This document shows positions 1 through 9,218 of a stretch of DNA of 64,000 nt, piece by piece. The notes beneath the pieces are model-generated. The model had not been told where the DNA came from and did not search any database. It was given only the letters and a program-made list of their open reading frames with translations. Each line of letters begins with the position of its first letter. The stretch's first letter is position 1. The translations under genes and the position numbers were made by a program. Origin of the DNA: an uncultured Gammaproteobacteria bacterium (GTDB lineage: Bacteria > Patescibacteriota > Patescibacteriia > Patescibacteriales > UBA12465); assembly GCA_964483295.1 (NCBI GenBank), contig CAZAAD010000001.1, positions 27,875 to 91,874 on the forward strand. Reading direction: 5' to 3'.

Positions 1-1285
1 GACCAGAAACTTGAGCCAAGCCAGTAATTCCCGGCTTAATAGTTAGGGTCTTGCGATGATAATTCTCATATTTAGCTACCTCTTCAGGAAGATGTGGGCG
101 CGGACCGACTAAACTCATGCGCCCCACAAAAACTAGTATTAACTCCGGCAACTCATCAATTGAATAACGACGCAAGAACTTTCCTACTCTAGTAATGCGC
201 GGGTCGTCTTTAATCTTAACCATCGGGCCATCGGTTCTAATATTACGATCAGCCAGCTCCTTGTAGCGCATGCTATCGGAATTAGGAATCATGGTGCGAA
301 ATTTCAAATATTTAAAAGGTTTACCTCCCTCACCAACTCGATACAGAAAAGAACCATCATCGCGACGAGAAAAGAAAACTGGTCCGCGCGAATCAAGCTT
401 AATCATTAAGGCGGCAAGCAGCATAATTGGCGATAGAATAATCAGTAAAAGACCGGAAACAATAATATCAAAAAATCTCTTATAAACACGACCCCAGCCA
501 TCAAGCGTGGTGCGCTTTACTTCAATAATCGGCACGCCGATAACTTCTGCCACTTCAGTACGCAAAACCTTAACTTCTAATAAATCGGCAACGTAACGGA
601 AAGTAATATGGTTCTCATTAGAGAAATCATACAAACGCAACATTTCGGCCTTACTTAAATTAGGATCACCTTGGATTATTTCGTCAACATTTTTTTCTTT
701 AATAAATTCTAAAATTTCCTGAGCAGTTTCCAAAGAGAAATCCCGCAAACGCTTAACCACCTCGTAGCCAGCCTTTTTATTGCTAGAAAATTCTGCCATT
801 AAATTATCAGTAGTTTTAGAATTACCAACCAAAACTACCTTGCGAACACCAATCCCGTAAACAAAGAGTCGTCTCTGTAACCAACGAATGAAAAAGTGGG
901 CAATAGAAACGTAAATAATAGCAAAAAGAAAACCAGCCAAAACAATAAAGCGAGAATCAAATAAATCGCGTTGAAAAAAAATGATAATCGCCACCAAAGC
1001 GAAGCCAGAAGCACAAGCAATTAAAATACGGCGCAGCTCCTGAGCGAGTTTACGCGCAGAAGTAATCTGATATAATCCCGATAAAGCAAAAATAGCTATC
1101 CAAAGGACAGCAATAATTAAAAGCGAACGAAAATATTCAGGAAAAGGTAAATTAAAAATAATTGGGCGCCAACTGACTGTCCAATTTGAAAAACGAAGAT
1201 AGTAAGCAGAAATTCCGGCCAAGACAAGCATGGCAAAATCAACCGGAATAAACAATACCGAGAAAAATAGTTCTGGTTTTTTCAT
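1..1285 (-). CDS. Undecaprenyl/polyprenyl-phosphate sugar phosphotransferase (bacterial sugar transferase family, WbaP/EpsL-like). C-terminal part runs off the window start (partial).
   Basis: The minus-strand frame starting at ATG 1285-1283 translates MKKPELFFSVLFIPVDFAMLVLAGISAYYLRF... It shows several TM helices and, near the window edge, the conserved ...SLVGPRPHLPEE... motif of polyprenyl glycosylphosphotransferases. It is not in the ORF track because no stop occurs before position 1. Confidence 0.75.
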   Translation of the reverse strand, partial: MKKPELFFSVLFIPVDFAMLVLAGISAYYLRFSNWTVSWRPIIFNLPFPEYFRSLLIIAVLWIAIFALSGLYQITSARKLAQELRRILIACASGFALVAIIIFFQRDLFDSRFIVLAGFLFAIIYVSIAHFFIRWLQRRLFVYGIGVRKVVLVGNSKTTDNLMAEFSSNKKAGYEVVKRLRDFSLETAQEILEFIKEKNVDEIIQGDPNLSKAEMLRLYDFSNENHITFRYVADLLEVKVLRTEVAEVIGVPIIEVKRTTLDGWGRVYKRFFDIIVSGLLLIILSPIMLLAALMIKLDSRGPVFFSRRDDGSFLYRVGEGGKPFKYLKFRTMIPNSDSMRYKELADRNIRTDGPMVKIKDDPRITRVGKFLRRYSIDELPELILVFVGRMSLVGPRPHLPEEVAKYENYHRKTLTIKPGITGLAQVSG

Positions 1286-1304
1286 ATATAGATTTTATTG
1301 AAAG

Positions 1305-1688
1305 TATTGCTATCAAGGCAGCTGTAAGCCGGATTCTGTTCTAGGCGATCATTTATCTAGGCTCATCATTACTGATAAGCTCAAGCGAGCTACTTTTTTT
1401 CAATAGCGAACTACTGAATTTACTCTTGCTTCTGATAGGGTTTACCATACAACCTTCGTTGCCGAAGGGCAGAACCGATAGCTTCAAAAGAAACACTCAG
1501 CTCCTTTTCACCTTTCTTTCGCAAACGCGAAATAGTATTGTCTCTGTGGCACTTTCCCTTGACTCCCCGACTTTACCGAAAGAGTCCGGTGGGCATTACC
1601 CACTATCATTTTTTGCGAAGTCCGGACTTTCCTCTCTCTTTAATATAAGCTAAAAAGAGTAACCGCCCGCTCACCCTGATAACGGTTA
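1305..1688 (-). ncRNA. rnpB: RNase P RNA (bacterial type A), rnpB
   Basis: The minus strand reads GAGAGAGGAAAGTCCGGAC (CR-I, plus 1621-1638) and ...CACAGAGACAATAC... It also reads AAGGTGAAAAGGAGC (CR-II/III-like), GGTAAACCC, and CCTAGATAAATGATCGCCTAGAACAGAATCCGGCTTACAGC (CR-V ACAGAAnCCGGCTTA, plus ~1325-1350). The P1 stem is GTTATCAGGG (plus 1674-1683) pairing with CCTTGATAGC (plus 1309-1318). It lies in the 440-nt gap between two minus-strand CDSs. The 75-aa plus-strand ORF 1426..1653 in the track is spurious. Confidence 0.85.
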
Positions 1689-1727
1689 AATACTACAATA
1701 AAAGCCAAAAAAAAGCAAGCCGGGGAG

Positions 1728-4700
1728 CTAAGACTCAACCCGGCTGCTAGTGACAATTTGGCGCACCTGAAGAGGAGTTAGACTACCCTCCCAAATACCT
1801 AAATCATCTAGTTCTACGCTATTTAATTCATTTCTGATAAGTAATTTATCGGGATGCTCATCATCTTTAAGCCAATAAAAAGGAAACGAGCTCTTCTCTT
1901 CTCCGTCAATATACATTTTCAACTGATAGCGATAAGAATCATAAGTTAAAGCAAAATGATGCCACTTTTCATCAAAGGGCAAGTCAACGTCTTGTCCGTT
2001 GCTAAAGATACCATAAGCGTTATTAAAATAGAAACTACGGCGATACTGATCCGGCGCTAAGGCTAACTTATTTCCTTCATTGTGCTGTAAAGAAATAAGG
2101 GACCGGCCTTCTTGCGGGTAAAATTTACTACGCCACCAAAAAGCCAAAGACATATCCCTACTAACTAGTGGCGCTTTTAAATTAACGGATAAATCTTTGC
2201 CCCATTTATTTAAAATTGCCGTGTTATCAACTCCCCGCCAAACCCAAGAATTTTCCGGCAAGATAAGCTTTAGCCCCGCAACCTCGTCAACCGCTTCCGT
2301 ACCGCCACCCTCATTAGCAAATTCGTGCCCCTCATTAAAATTCCAAAAATATTGTAATGTAGCCGGCTGTTGTGTTGCCAGACTTGCAACCGGAGAAAAA
2401 GGAGCAGCTAATTGCCAGTGCTCTAATAATTCTGTTGAAGATAGCGCCCGATTCCAAATGGCTAGTTCATCAACAAAAACAGAATTCATATCGCCATATA
2501 TTTCTAATTCATTAAAGTTACTAGGCAACGTATGAATAAAAGCTTGGTGATATTTTTCTACGCCATCAAAATAAGCCGCCCAATAACCCGCCTCTTTATC
2601 AACCACTAAAGAAAAATTATGCCACTGGTCATCAGGAAAAGCTGCTGGGCCAAAATAACGCCAAGCAGAATTAGGTAGACCTTCAACCTGAAACAAGCCT
2701 TGCTCCAACAATAGCCAAACTGTTTGACCGCTCGGATTTTTTAATTTTAAATTAAAACGCGTGCTACCTGGTAAGCCGCTAGCATCCCGATAATAAAAAC
2801 TTATCGTCGTTTTATTTAAATTTATATCTTGATTAAGACTTGGCTTGATTGAAGAATAATTGTGGCGCAATTCTAAACCACAACCAAATCTACCAACGGC
2901 GTAGTGCGCCTCTCCATAACATTCATCAAAATGCCATAAATCAGAAATTTCACCAGAATTGATTGGGACAGGACTAGAGAAGGCTACAAAATCTCCAGGA
3001 ACATCCTCAGTCTGATTATTGTCGTCATTGCTTTGACTATTATCCTGATTATCACCTTGATTATTGTTCTGATTATCATTAGATTGATTATTATTGTCAG
3101 CGTCTTCCCAAACAATACTTGGATCGTTAATCACTTGTAATTGAAAATCTAGACTATTATCATTTTTATTACTAACTCTATTAAGAAAGTAATTATCAAT
3201 AATAGAAGGCGCCGAGGCTGCTCCTTGAAAATATTTTGCCTCCCCAAAACCAACAGCATCAACAATATCCACATCTGCGCTAGAACTAATTGCTCCTTTT
3301 CCTAAATAAAAAGTATAACCATTGCCGGTCCAGCTGAAATCTTTACGAGTTATCACCGCGTCGGCCATATCAAGATAATATTGAGAGGCATCATCTCTAA
3401 CTAACAAATAAAAACTCTTGGCCTTAATAATTGTTCCTTTTGGATAATAACCATCAGCGACCTCGCCGATTCTTACCATTAGGCTCGGATCCTCTGCGGT
3501 CTTGGTTTTTTCTAAGCGAAATCCTTCTTCCGCCAAATCAAAGTCATAATCTAGCGGATTATACAATTCAATAAAATCATTATTATCCGTGGCGTATATT
3601 TTACTGATTAGCGCGGTCGTCGGCCTAGATGATGCCGAAGATGTTTCTTGGTTGATAGTCGTAGAATTATTAGACACGGAAGTCCCCGATGGTTTAACGC
3701 CAGCAGAAATTTTAGAAGATAAGCTGCTAGCTTGAGAATATTCAATAACGGGCGGAGCGACTGATAAACTATTAGTGGTGACCGAATTAGCAACCGGGTT
3801 AGCTATTTTAGTTATTGAAGTTTTTAAAGCCGCTGATACTTGGCTAGCAACCTGGGGCTTTATTTCAGTGCTAGACTGTACTGTTTTAATTGGGCTAGCG
3901 GCTATCTCAAAATTTTTACTATCCTCTACTTTAAGAGATGAAATATTAGAAACCGCCATCTTAAAAGGCTCCTTATTTTTATTGCTTATAGTAGACGACT
4001 TTATATCAGATGCCTTCTCATCTTTTTTAACATCTTTCTCACCCCCACCAGAAACAGTCATTACAATAGCTTGATTATTTTCCGTTTCATTAGTTGTCCC
4101 AGGGGGCTGGCTAATTTTATCAGCCTGATTTAAATCGTTAGAAAAAACTAACTCTTCAGTATCTTTCTTGCCAAATAAAGAACTAGAAATATTGCTAGCG
4201 ATATTTTTTACCTTGCTTACTACAGTTTTAATAGTTGAAGCAGGGTTATTAATCAGGCTCCATTGCAATAAAATTTTTAAAATCGGGGTCTTGCCGCGCA
4301 CTTCCTTAGAATCAAAGCTAGAAGATAATTGAATATCTATTACTTCCTCTCTTAAAGAGGGCTGTATCATCTGAGTATAAGGCAAGAAAAAATAACGCTC
4401 ACCGCGATATTCTCTTCCAGCGTTATAACCAATCACTTCTGGCAAAGGCAAAACTAAATCTTCTCGGCGGCCAATCTTAGAAAATTCTTTATTTCTAGAC
4501 ACGCAATCACCTTCATCATTAACTATTTCTCGATTATCAAAACCATCCGGCGTAATATCTACCTTATACTGCTCCGGATCATAGACCAAAGCCGTAATAT
4601 CTCCTGGATTAGGTATCCCGGCACTTTCATATATTTTTTCTGTTAAACCAACGCAAGTCCAATCGCCATCACCCGGACCTTTTTGTTTCTGAAAATCTAA

Positions 4701-5129
4701 ATCATAACCCAAATTAGCGCCAACCAAATTCTTAGCAATAGTAACCGCCTTTAATCTATCAAGTGCACTGGCTTGCTTCGGCAATCTGACGGCTACTAAT
4801 TCTTCGCCCAGCGCCTCATTTACAAAATATTTAGCCGGCGTTTTTACAATTCCTCCCGCCAAGGCCTCTACAATATAATCCTCACCATTCTCACTACCAA
4901 TATAAATACCAACGTGTCCAGGATTAATGCCAAGCAAAATATCATTTTCAATTTCTAATAACGGATCTTTGCTATAACCAAACATTTTCCCATCATCAGT
5001 TGTTCGGTAAACTAGCGTTCCTGGTGTTAACGCCTTAACGTTATTTAGAGGAAAAATCAGCAAACAGGCAATAATAATAACTAAAAAGCTATAATATATT
5101 AGATAGTATTTAATTTTAAATTTTTTCAT
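1728..5129 (-). CDS. Large secreted/cell-surface multidomain protein. It has an N-terminal signal/TM, a permuted papain-like (YiiX/DUF830-like) cysteine peptidase domain, and an S/T-rich linker. These are followed by a lamin-tail domain (FIELYNP motif), an N/Q/D-rich low-complexity tract and two LamG/concanavalin-A-like lectin domains.
   Basis: The 1133-aa ORF has an N-terminal hydrophobic segment (YYLIYYSFLVIIIACLLIF). ...GHVGIYIG...YIVEA... resembles YiiX-like permuted NlpC/P60. ATDNNDFIELYNPLDYDFDL is the LTD signature. The C-terminal halves show ...WHNFSLVVDKEAGYWAAYFDG... and ...WHHFALTYDSYRYQLKMYIDGEEK..., the LamG_3-type beta-sandwich pattern. Confidence 0.8.
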   Translation of the reverse strand: MKKFKIKYYLIYYSFLVIIIACLLIFPLNNVKALTPGTLVYRTTDDGKMFGYSKDPLLEIENDILLGINPGHVGIYIGSENGEDYIVEALAGGIVKTPAKYFVNEALGEELVAVRLPKQASALDRLKAVTIAKNLVGANLGYDLDFQKQKGPGDGDWTCVGLTEKIYESAGIPNPGDITALVYDPEQYKVDITPDGFDNREIVNDEGDCVSRNKEFSKIGRREDLVLPLPEVIGYNAGREYRGERYFFLPYTQMIQPSLREEVIDIQLSSSFDSKEVRGKTPILKILLQWSLINNPASTIKTVVSKVKNIASNISSSLFGKKDTEELVFSNDLNQADKISQPPGTTNETENNQAIVMTVSGGGEKDVKKDEKASDIKSSTISNKNKEPFKMAVSNISSLKVEDSKNFEIAASPIKTVQSSTEIKPQVASQVSAALKTSITKIANPVANSVTTNSLSVAPPVIEYSQASSLSSKISAGVKPSGTSVSNNSTTINQETSSASSRPTTALISKIYATDNNDFIELYNPLDYDFDLAEEGFRLEKTKTAEDPSLMVRIGEVADGYYPKGTIIKAKSFYLLVRDDASQYYLDMADAVITRKDFSWTGNGYTFYLGKGAISSSADVDIVDAVGFGEAKYFQGAASAPSIIDNYFLNRVSNKNDNSLDFQLQVINDPSIVWEDADNNNQSNDNQNNNQGDNQDNSQSNDDNNQTEDVPGDFVAFSSPVPINSGEISDLWHFDECYGEAHYAVGRFGCGLELRHNYSSIKPSLNQDINLNKTTISFYYRDASGLPGSTRFNLKLKNPSGQTVWLLLEQGLFQVEGLPNSAWRYFGPAAFPDDQWHNFSLVVDKEAGYWAAYFDGVEKYHQAFIHTLPSNFNELEIYGDMNSVFVDELAIWNRALSSTELLEHWQLAAPFSPVASLATQQPATLQYFWNFNEGHEFANEGGGTEAVDEVAGLKLILPENSWVWRGVDNTAILNKWGKDLSVNLKAPLVSRDMSLAFWWRSKFYPQEGRSLISLQHNEGNKLALAPDQYRRSFYFNNAYGIFSNGQDVDLPFDEKWHHFALTYDSYRYQLKMYIDGEEKSSFPFYWLKDDEHPDKLLIRNELNSVELDDLGIWEGSLTPLQVRQIVTSSRVES

Positions 5130-5154
5130 ATTGGAAAAATTAATAAACTAGCAG

Positions 5155-6060
5155 TTAATTAAAATATTTTTGCCAATCCATTTCTTCGACTACCGGATAC
5201 ACGTAACCAGGACGATTCCAATCAACCATTAAATTCGTAATTAAAAACTTAATCACCGGCTCAGTTGTCTCTAAATATATTTTATCGGCCTGAGAAACCA
5301 CAGCCTCGGGAAAAAATTGATAATAACGAGACAATAAAAAGATTAAAGATGGCTTTAAAACATCTTCTGTCTCTGACGACATAATCAGATTAGCCAAACG
5401 ATTAACTTGTTCAATTTGTAGAAAATCACTACTTAACGGCAAAATATTTAGAGCTCTAATTGCTTCTTCTTTAAACATCCGACTATAACGTCCTTCAAGC
5501 ACAATAAAGTAATAATTTACTAAATCCGGCTCAACAATATGCGACAATATTAGACGGATAATTAAAGCTTTAACATCTTCCCGACCCTCTGGTTCAGCTA
5601 AATAATCTATTAAAAAACTAGGCGGTTCCTTGGTGCCATAGGCTAAATTTATAATCGCCAAAAGTTCTTGATAAAAATCAATTTCCACTTCATAATGATT
5701 GGTATTTTTAATTTGAAAATAACTAGCTACATCTAACATTAAAGCCCGATCATCTAAAAGGCGGTAAGCAATTTTTTCTCTTCTTAATAATCTTTCTTGC
5801 CGACAAGCCTCATGACAAGGACCGGGAGTAGCTGTAGATTTTTTTAAAGCTAAAAGTTCAACACGTGCACTACCGACAGAAAATGTTGGCAACAAAATAA
5901 CTAACATACTCAATAATAAAATTGACCCAACAATATATAAACGGCGATAAGCGGCACGCCGCCCTTCGCTACGCAGAGCTAAAAGACTTCGTTTGAAATG
6001 AAATCTGCCCCACAGGCGGGAGGCAGCGGCCGCTATTTTTTTTATCGCCTTCATACACAT
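5155..6060 (-). CDS. Hypothetical membrane-anchored protein (Arg-rich N-terminus, single TM)
   Basis: 301-aa ORF with a TM segment LYIVGSILLLSMLVILLP. No recognisable catalytic motif. The true start may be the internal MKAIKK. Confidence 0.5.
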   Translation of the reverse strand: MCMKAIKKIAAAASRLWGRFHFKRSLLALRSEGRRAAYRRLYIVGSILLLSMLVILLPTFSVGSARVELLALKKSTATPGPCHEACRQERLLRREKIAYRLLDDRALMLDVASYFQIKNTNHYEVEIDFYQELLAIINLAYGTKEPPSFLIDYLAEPEGREDVKALIIRLILSHIVEPDLVNYYFIVLEGRYSRMFKEEAIRALNILPLSSDFLQIEQVNRLANLIMSSETEDVLKPSLIFLLSRYYQFFPEAVVSQADKIYLETTEPVIKFLITNLMVDWNRPGYVYPVVEEMDWQKYFN

Positions 6061-6152
6061 AAAAATTATTTATTTAGTATTATGCCAAAGCAATCTCCGG
6101 CCTTAGCAATATAACAAATAGCCGCTGACCAATATCTAACCAACTTATCAAG

Positions 6153-6192
6153 AAAAAATAAAAAACCCGCCTACCAAAAAGATAAGCGGGCA
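6153..6192 (-). terminator. Rho-independent terminator downstream of the 6233..6586 gene
   Basis: The minus strand reads CCCGCTTATC-TTTTT-GGTAGGCGGG followed by TTTTTTATTTTTT. Confidence 0.6.
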
Positions 6193-6232
6193 ATAACTAA
6201 ACCCTCTGTCGCGAGTCTGCCTGTTAAATTAT

Positions 6233-6586
6233 TTAGAGAACAACTAAGTTTCTCCGAAAATTTTCAGGTAAACGATCCGCATCAAAGAATTTTATTTCTT
6301 TTGATTCTTCAAATAAGAACCAAGGAACTTCACCGTGAATACCATCCAAGACTTTACCAACCCCCACACACAGCGAGAGATTATCTTTCTCGTCCATTAC
6401 AAAGGCGCCGGGGGCGAATCTGTATCTTTTCTGATCATAGTCAAGATTTATTTCCTGCTTAGAATTATAAGAACGAACATAAATCTTGCTACCGGAACTA
6501 TGGGGCATCACCAATTTTTCTAACCTCTTAGCCAACGACCTCTTGCGCTCAGCTAATTCAACCTTTTTTTCTACTGCTTCTTCCAT
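6233..6586 (-). CDS. Hypothetical protein (117 aa)
   Basis: ORF with its own terminator downstream. No family recognised. Confidence 0.45.
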   Translation of the reverse strand: MEEAVEKKVELAERKRSLAKRLEKLVMPHSSGSKIYVRSYNSKQEINLDYDQKRYRFAPGAFVMDEKDNLSLCVGVGKVLDGIHGEVPWFLFEESKEIKFFDADRLPENFRRNLVVL

Positions 6587-6669
6587 GTTACTATTGTTTT
6601 TTGATGAAATTTAAAAAGAACGTTGCTATATGATAGCAAAAAACAATATTAATGTCAATAAGACGAAAA

Positions 6670-7401
6670 CTATTTCTTGCGTAAATATGCCTGACGCTGA
6701 GTTTCCGGAAGATGCTCAATTGCATAACGCAGGGCAGTTCGTGGTATCTTAGCTAAATTTTTATCTAAAAAAGCTAATAAATGTTCTCGGCCCGCCCTTT
6801 TGCCCATTTCTCTTAACATCCAACCAACCGCTTTATGAATTAAGTCATGTTTATCATTCAACAATTTCTTCGCAATCATAATCGCCTCTTGATGGCGACC
6901 TTGATAAATAGAATAAAAAGTAGATACCATCGCCACGCGCCTCTGCCACAGGTTATTTGAATCAGCTAAATTATTAATAGTCTGGCAAACCTCAGTTGAT
7001 AAGCGTTTAGGTAACTGATGAAAAAAATAATGACCTAAAATTTTAGGTGTACTTAAATCTACCAAATCCCAGTTATTCACGGCGCTTAAATTTTTCAAAT
7101 AAAATTTAGCGATTTCTTCTTGACGAACATCATCGGCTTTTTCATATTGAAAAACTAAAATCAAGAGCCCAACTAAGCGATGCTCATGAATGGGGCTGGC
7201 TAACAACTTCTCAATATCAGCTAAACTAGCATCTTTATATTTTTTAGCAATCTGTCTTTGCACTGGGACTTTAATTCCTAAAAAAATATCGCCTTCGCCA
7301 TATTGCCCTGGACCGGTCTTAAAAAAACGGCTCAGGTTTTGACCCTGCTCCTTGTTAGCTAAACTTTTCATCTCGGACACAATTTGAGAATAAATTTTCA
7401 T
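6670..7401 (-). CDS. DNA alkylation repair enzyme (AlkD/AlkC-like HEAT-repeat DNA glycosylase family)
   Basis: The motif ...FKTGPGQYGEGDIFLGIKVP... and the overall helical-repeat composition match the DNA_alkylation family. Confidence 0.7.
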   Translation of the reverse strand: MKIYSQIVSEMKSLANKEQGQNLSRFFKTGPGQYGEGDIFLGIKVPVQRQIAKKYKDASLADIEKLLASPIHEHRLVGLLILVFQYEKADDVRQEEIAKFYLKNLSAVNNWDLVDLSTPKILGHYFFHQLPKRLSTEVCQTINNLADSNNLWQRRVAMVSTFYSIYQGRHQEAIMIAKKLLNDKHDLIHKAVGWMLREMGKRAGREHLLAFLDKNLAKIPRTALRYAIEHLPETQRQAYLRKK

Positions 7402-7414
7402 ATCAACTAAAATA

Positions 7415-7876
7415 TTAATAATGATAATCTTTGCCTTGAATAATACTGCTGGCCCGATAAAGTTGCTCTAATAAAATAACGCGCGCTAATTCATGGGGAA
7501 AAGTTAAACGTGATAATGATAAACCTTTAAATTGCTTACTAATGGCTTTATCAAAGCCTAAGGTCCCGCCAATAACTAGAACTATCGGGCGAGAAGGTTT
7601 TTCTAGCCAAGTGGCTAATTGAGGCGAATTCATTTCCTCCCCCGCCTCAGCTAATAACCGAATTTCTGCTGTCTGATAACTACGTAAAAATTCTAATAAA
7701 CGCCGGCCTTCTATTTTTTTAACCTCATCTTTATTCTTCAAAGAAAATGATTCAGCTTTTAATTCTTCAATTTTAACACGGGCATAAGGACGCAAGCGCT
7801 TCAAATATTCCTGGGCAGCCGTCTGCCAGGTCTTCTCTTTTATCTTGCCAAAAGCGATAATAGTAATATCTAACAT
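7415..7876 (-). CDS. rlmH: 23S rRNA (pseudouridine1915-N3)-methyltransferase RlmH (SPOUT)
   Basis: MLDITIIAFGKIKEKTWQTAAQEYLKRL... matches the typical RlmH N-terminus. ...IVLVIGGTLGFD... matches the SPOUT knot region. The longer 7939 start in the ORF track is an upstream extension. Confidence 0.85.
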   Translation of the reverse strand: MLDITIIAFGKIKEKTWQTAAQEYLKRLRPYARVKIEELKAESFSLKNKDEVKKIEGRRLLEFLRSYQTAEIRLLAEAGEEMNSPQLATWLEKPSRPIVLVIGGTLGFDKAISKQFKGLSLSRLTFPHELARVILLEQLYRASSIIQGKDYHY

Positions 7877-7877
7877 T

Positions 7878-9218
7878 TTATTGCTGATAAAAATAACGCA
7901 AATTCTGATTAAAAGTTTCCACCTTACGGTTATAAGCACGAATTTCTTCGTTATTACTTAAAGTATCGCGACTAGTAATTATATCCTGATAGAGCGTAGC
8001 TAGCTCGGTCGCCTGCTCTCTCACCAAAAAAGCACGCTGATAAATTTTGCCCGTTGTTTTATTTAAAATTTCAATGGAACCTAATTTACTCTCCACAAAT
8101 AACTGATCAAAAGCATAATCACCTGACTGGGCTTGACCATTAATGCTATTAGGAATAACGCCGACCGGAAAATAGTTAGTTGTCTCAACATAGCAATAGC
8201 CGGAACCAGACAAAGAATATTCTACTGGGCAAGAAATACCAACTGCACTATGATTAATATCGGGAAAATCTAAAATAGCGGCGCCATAACCTAATTGGCG
8301 CAAAATTTTATAAGCCAAGAAAGTCTTATCAGAACAAACTCCCTGATTTAAGTAAAGTGTTTCGTAAGGATAAAATGGTTCTCGATCTTCAGCGTCAGCC
8401 TTAGCCTGGTCATAAGGAATATATTGTACAACAGCTAAAACGGCCTCCGCCACTTCATCAGCTGACCAACCATTAATTACGGCGAGATTATTTAAATTAG
8501 CGATTAAATCCTTAACAGCGGTATCGCCAGACTTAGCGGCCGTCAAAAACATGTTATAAAATGCTTCGCGCAAATTAGGAGGCGGGCTATCAACTAAATA
8601 AGTATAAACTTTATCTGCCGAACTATAGTTCTTATAAACGTTTGCTGCTAAAGACAAGGAGGTCGTAAAAGCAATGTTTTTGTATTTAAAAGGATACGTA
8701 CGCTGTTCAGCGCTAATTACTGGAACAACATTAACCGAAGGAGCAACACTAGTACTAATAGCTGAGGGACTACCAATGGTTATCTTTGCTAAATCAGTAT
8801 TAGTTATACCTAAGCCAAAACTTCTAATAACATTAAACGCGTCTGTCGGGCGACCAAGATAATGCAATCTAAGAGTAAGCGAGTCAACATAATACGCCTG
8901 CCCCTTATCTTGCACTTTTAACAAAATCCGTCCTGATAATCTTAGTGGTGCCCGAGAATTTAAAAAAGAATTTAAATCATTATTAGAGACACCTAGACCA
9001 AAAGAGCGCATAATCTGAAAAGCATCATCAGGGCGACCTAAATAATAACGCCGGCTATCAAGTGGATTAACATACCAGGCTTGCCCCTTATCTTGCACTT
9101 GCAATAAAATGCGGCCATCTAAAGTAGCGGCCGAAGCAGGCGCGACCAACAAAAAGAAGGTGAAGCTAAAAATAAAGCTAACCGTCAGCAAATATATCGC
9201 TAATCTATTTTTTTTCAT
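7878..9218 (-). CDS. Secreted transglutaminase-like cysteine protease-fold protein with two ~55-aa N-terminal tandem repeats
   Basis: A signal/TM segment (LAIYLLTVSFIFSFTFFLLVAPASA) is followed by two repeats, DGRILLQVQDKGQAWYVNPLDSRRYYLGRPDDAFQIMRSFGLGVSNNDL and SGRILLKVQDKGQAYYVDSLTLRLHYLGRPTDAFNVIRSFGLGITNTDL. The C-terminal ...NQGVCSDKTFLAYKILRQLGYGAAILDFPDINHSAVGI... matches the transglutaminase-like Cys-His core. The start is taken at MKKNRL. Confidence 0.7.
   Translation of the reverse strand: MKKNRLAIYLLTVSFIFSFTFFLLVAPASAATLDGRILLQVQDKGQAWYVNPLDSRRYYLGRPDDAFQIMRSFGLGVSNNDLNSFLNSRAPLRLSGRILLKVQDKGQAYYVDSLTLRLHYLGRPTDAFNVIRSFGLGITNTDLAKITIGSPSAISTSVAPSVNVVPVISAEQRTYPFKYKNIAFTTSLSLAANVYKNYSSADKVYTYLVDSPPPNLREAFYNMFLTAAKSGDTAVKDLIANLNNLAVINGWSADEVAEAVLAVVQYIPYDQAKADAEDREPFYPYETLYLNQGVCSDKTFLAYKILRQLGYGAAILDFPDINHSAVGISCPVEYSLSGSGYCYVETTNYFPVGVIPNSINGQAQSGDYAFDQLFVESKLGSIEILNKTTGKIYQRAFLVREQATELATLYQDIITSRDTLSNNEEIRAYNRKVETFNQNLRYFYQQ

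Noticed and set aside
1426-1653. 75-aa plus-strand ORF in the gap between the sugar transferase and the giant surface protein
   Set aside because: It lies entirely inside the RNase P RNA gene (minus strand), whose conserved boxes explain the region. The ORF has no start context or homology.
2197-4074. Antisense/alternate-frame ORFs (2197..2535, 3608..3793, 3775..4074) inside the 1133-aa gene
   Set aside because: They are embedded in a long, well-supported domain-bearing ORF on the other strand or frame. The S/T/N-rich low-complexity coding there generates open frames by chance.
8860-9130. Direct DNA repeats that could be mistaken for a CRISPR-like or mobile-element repeat
   Set aside because: There are only two copies, they are in frame, and they encode the duplicated protein module of the transglutaminase-like protein. 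No spacer/repeat periodicity or cas genes are present. No CRISPR array was found anywhere in the window.
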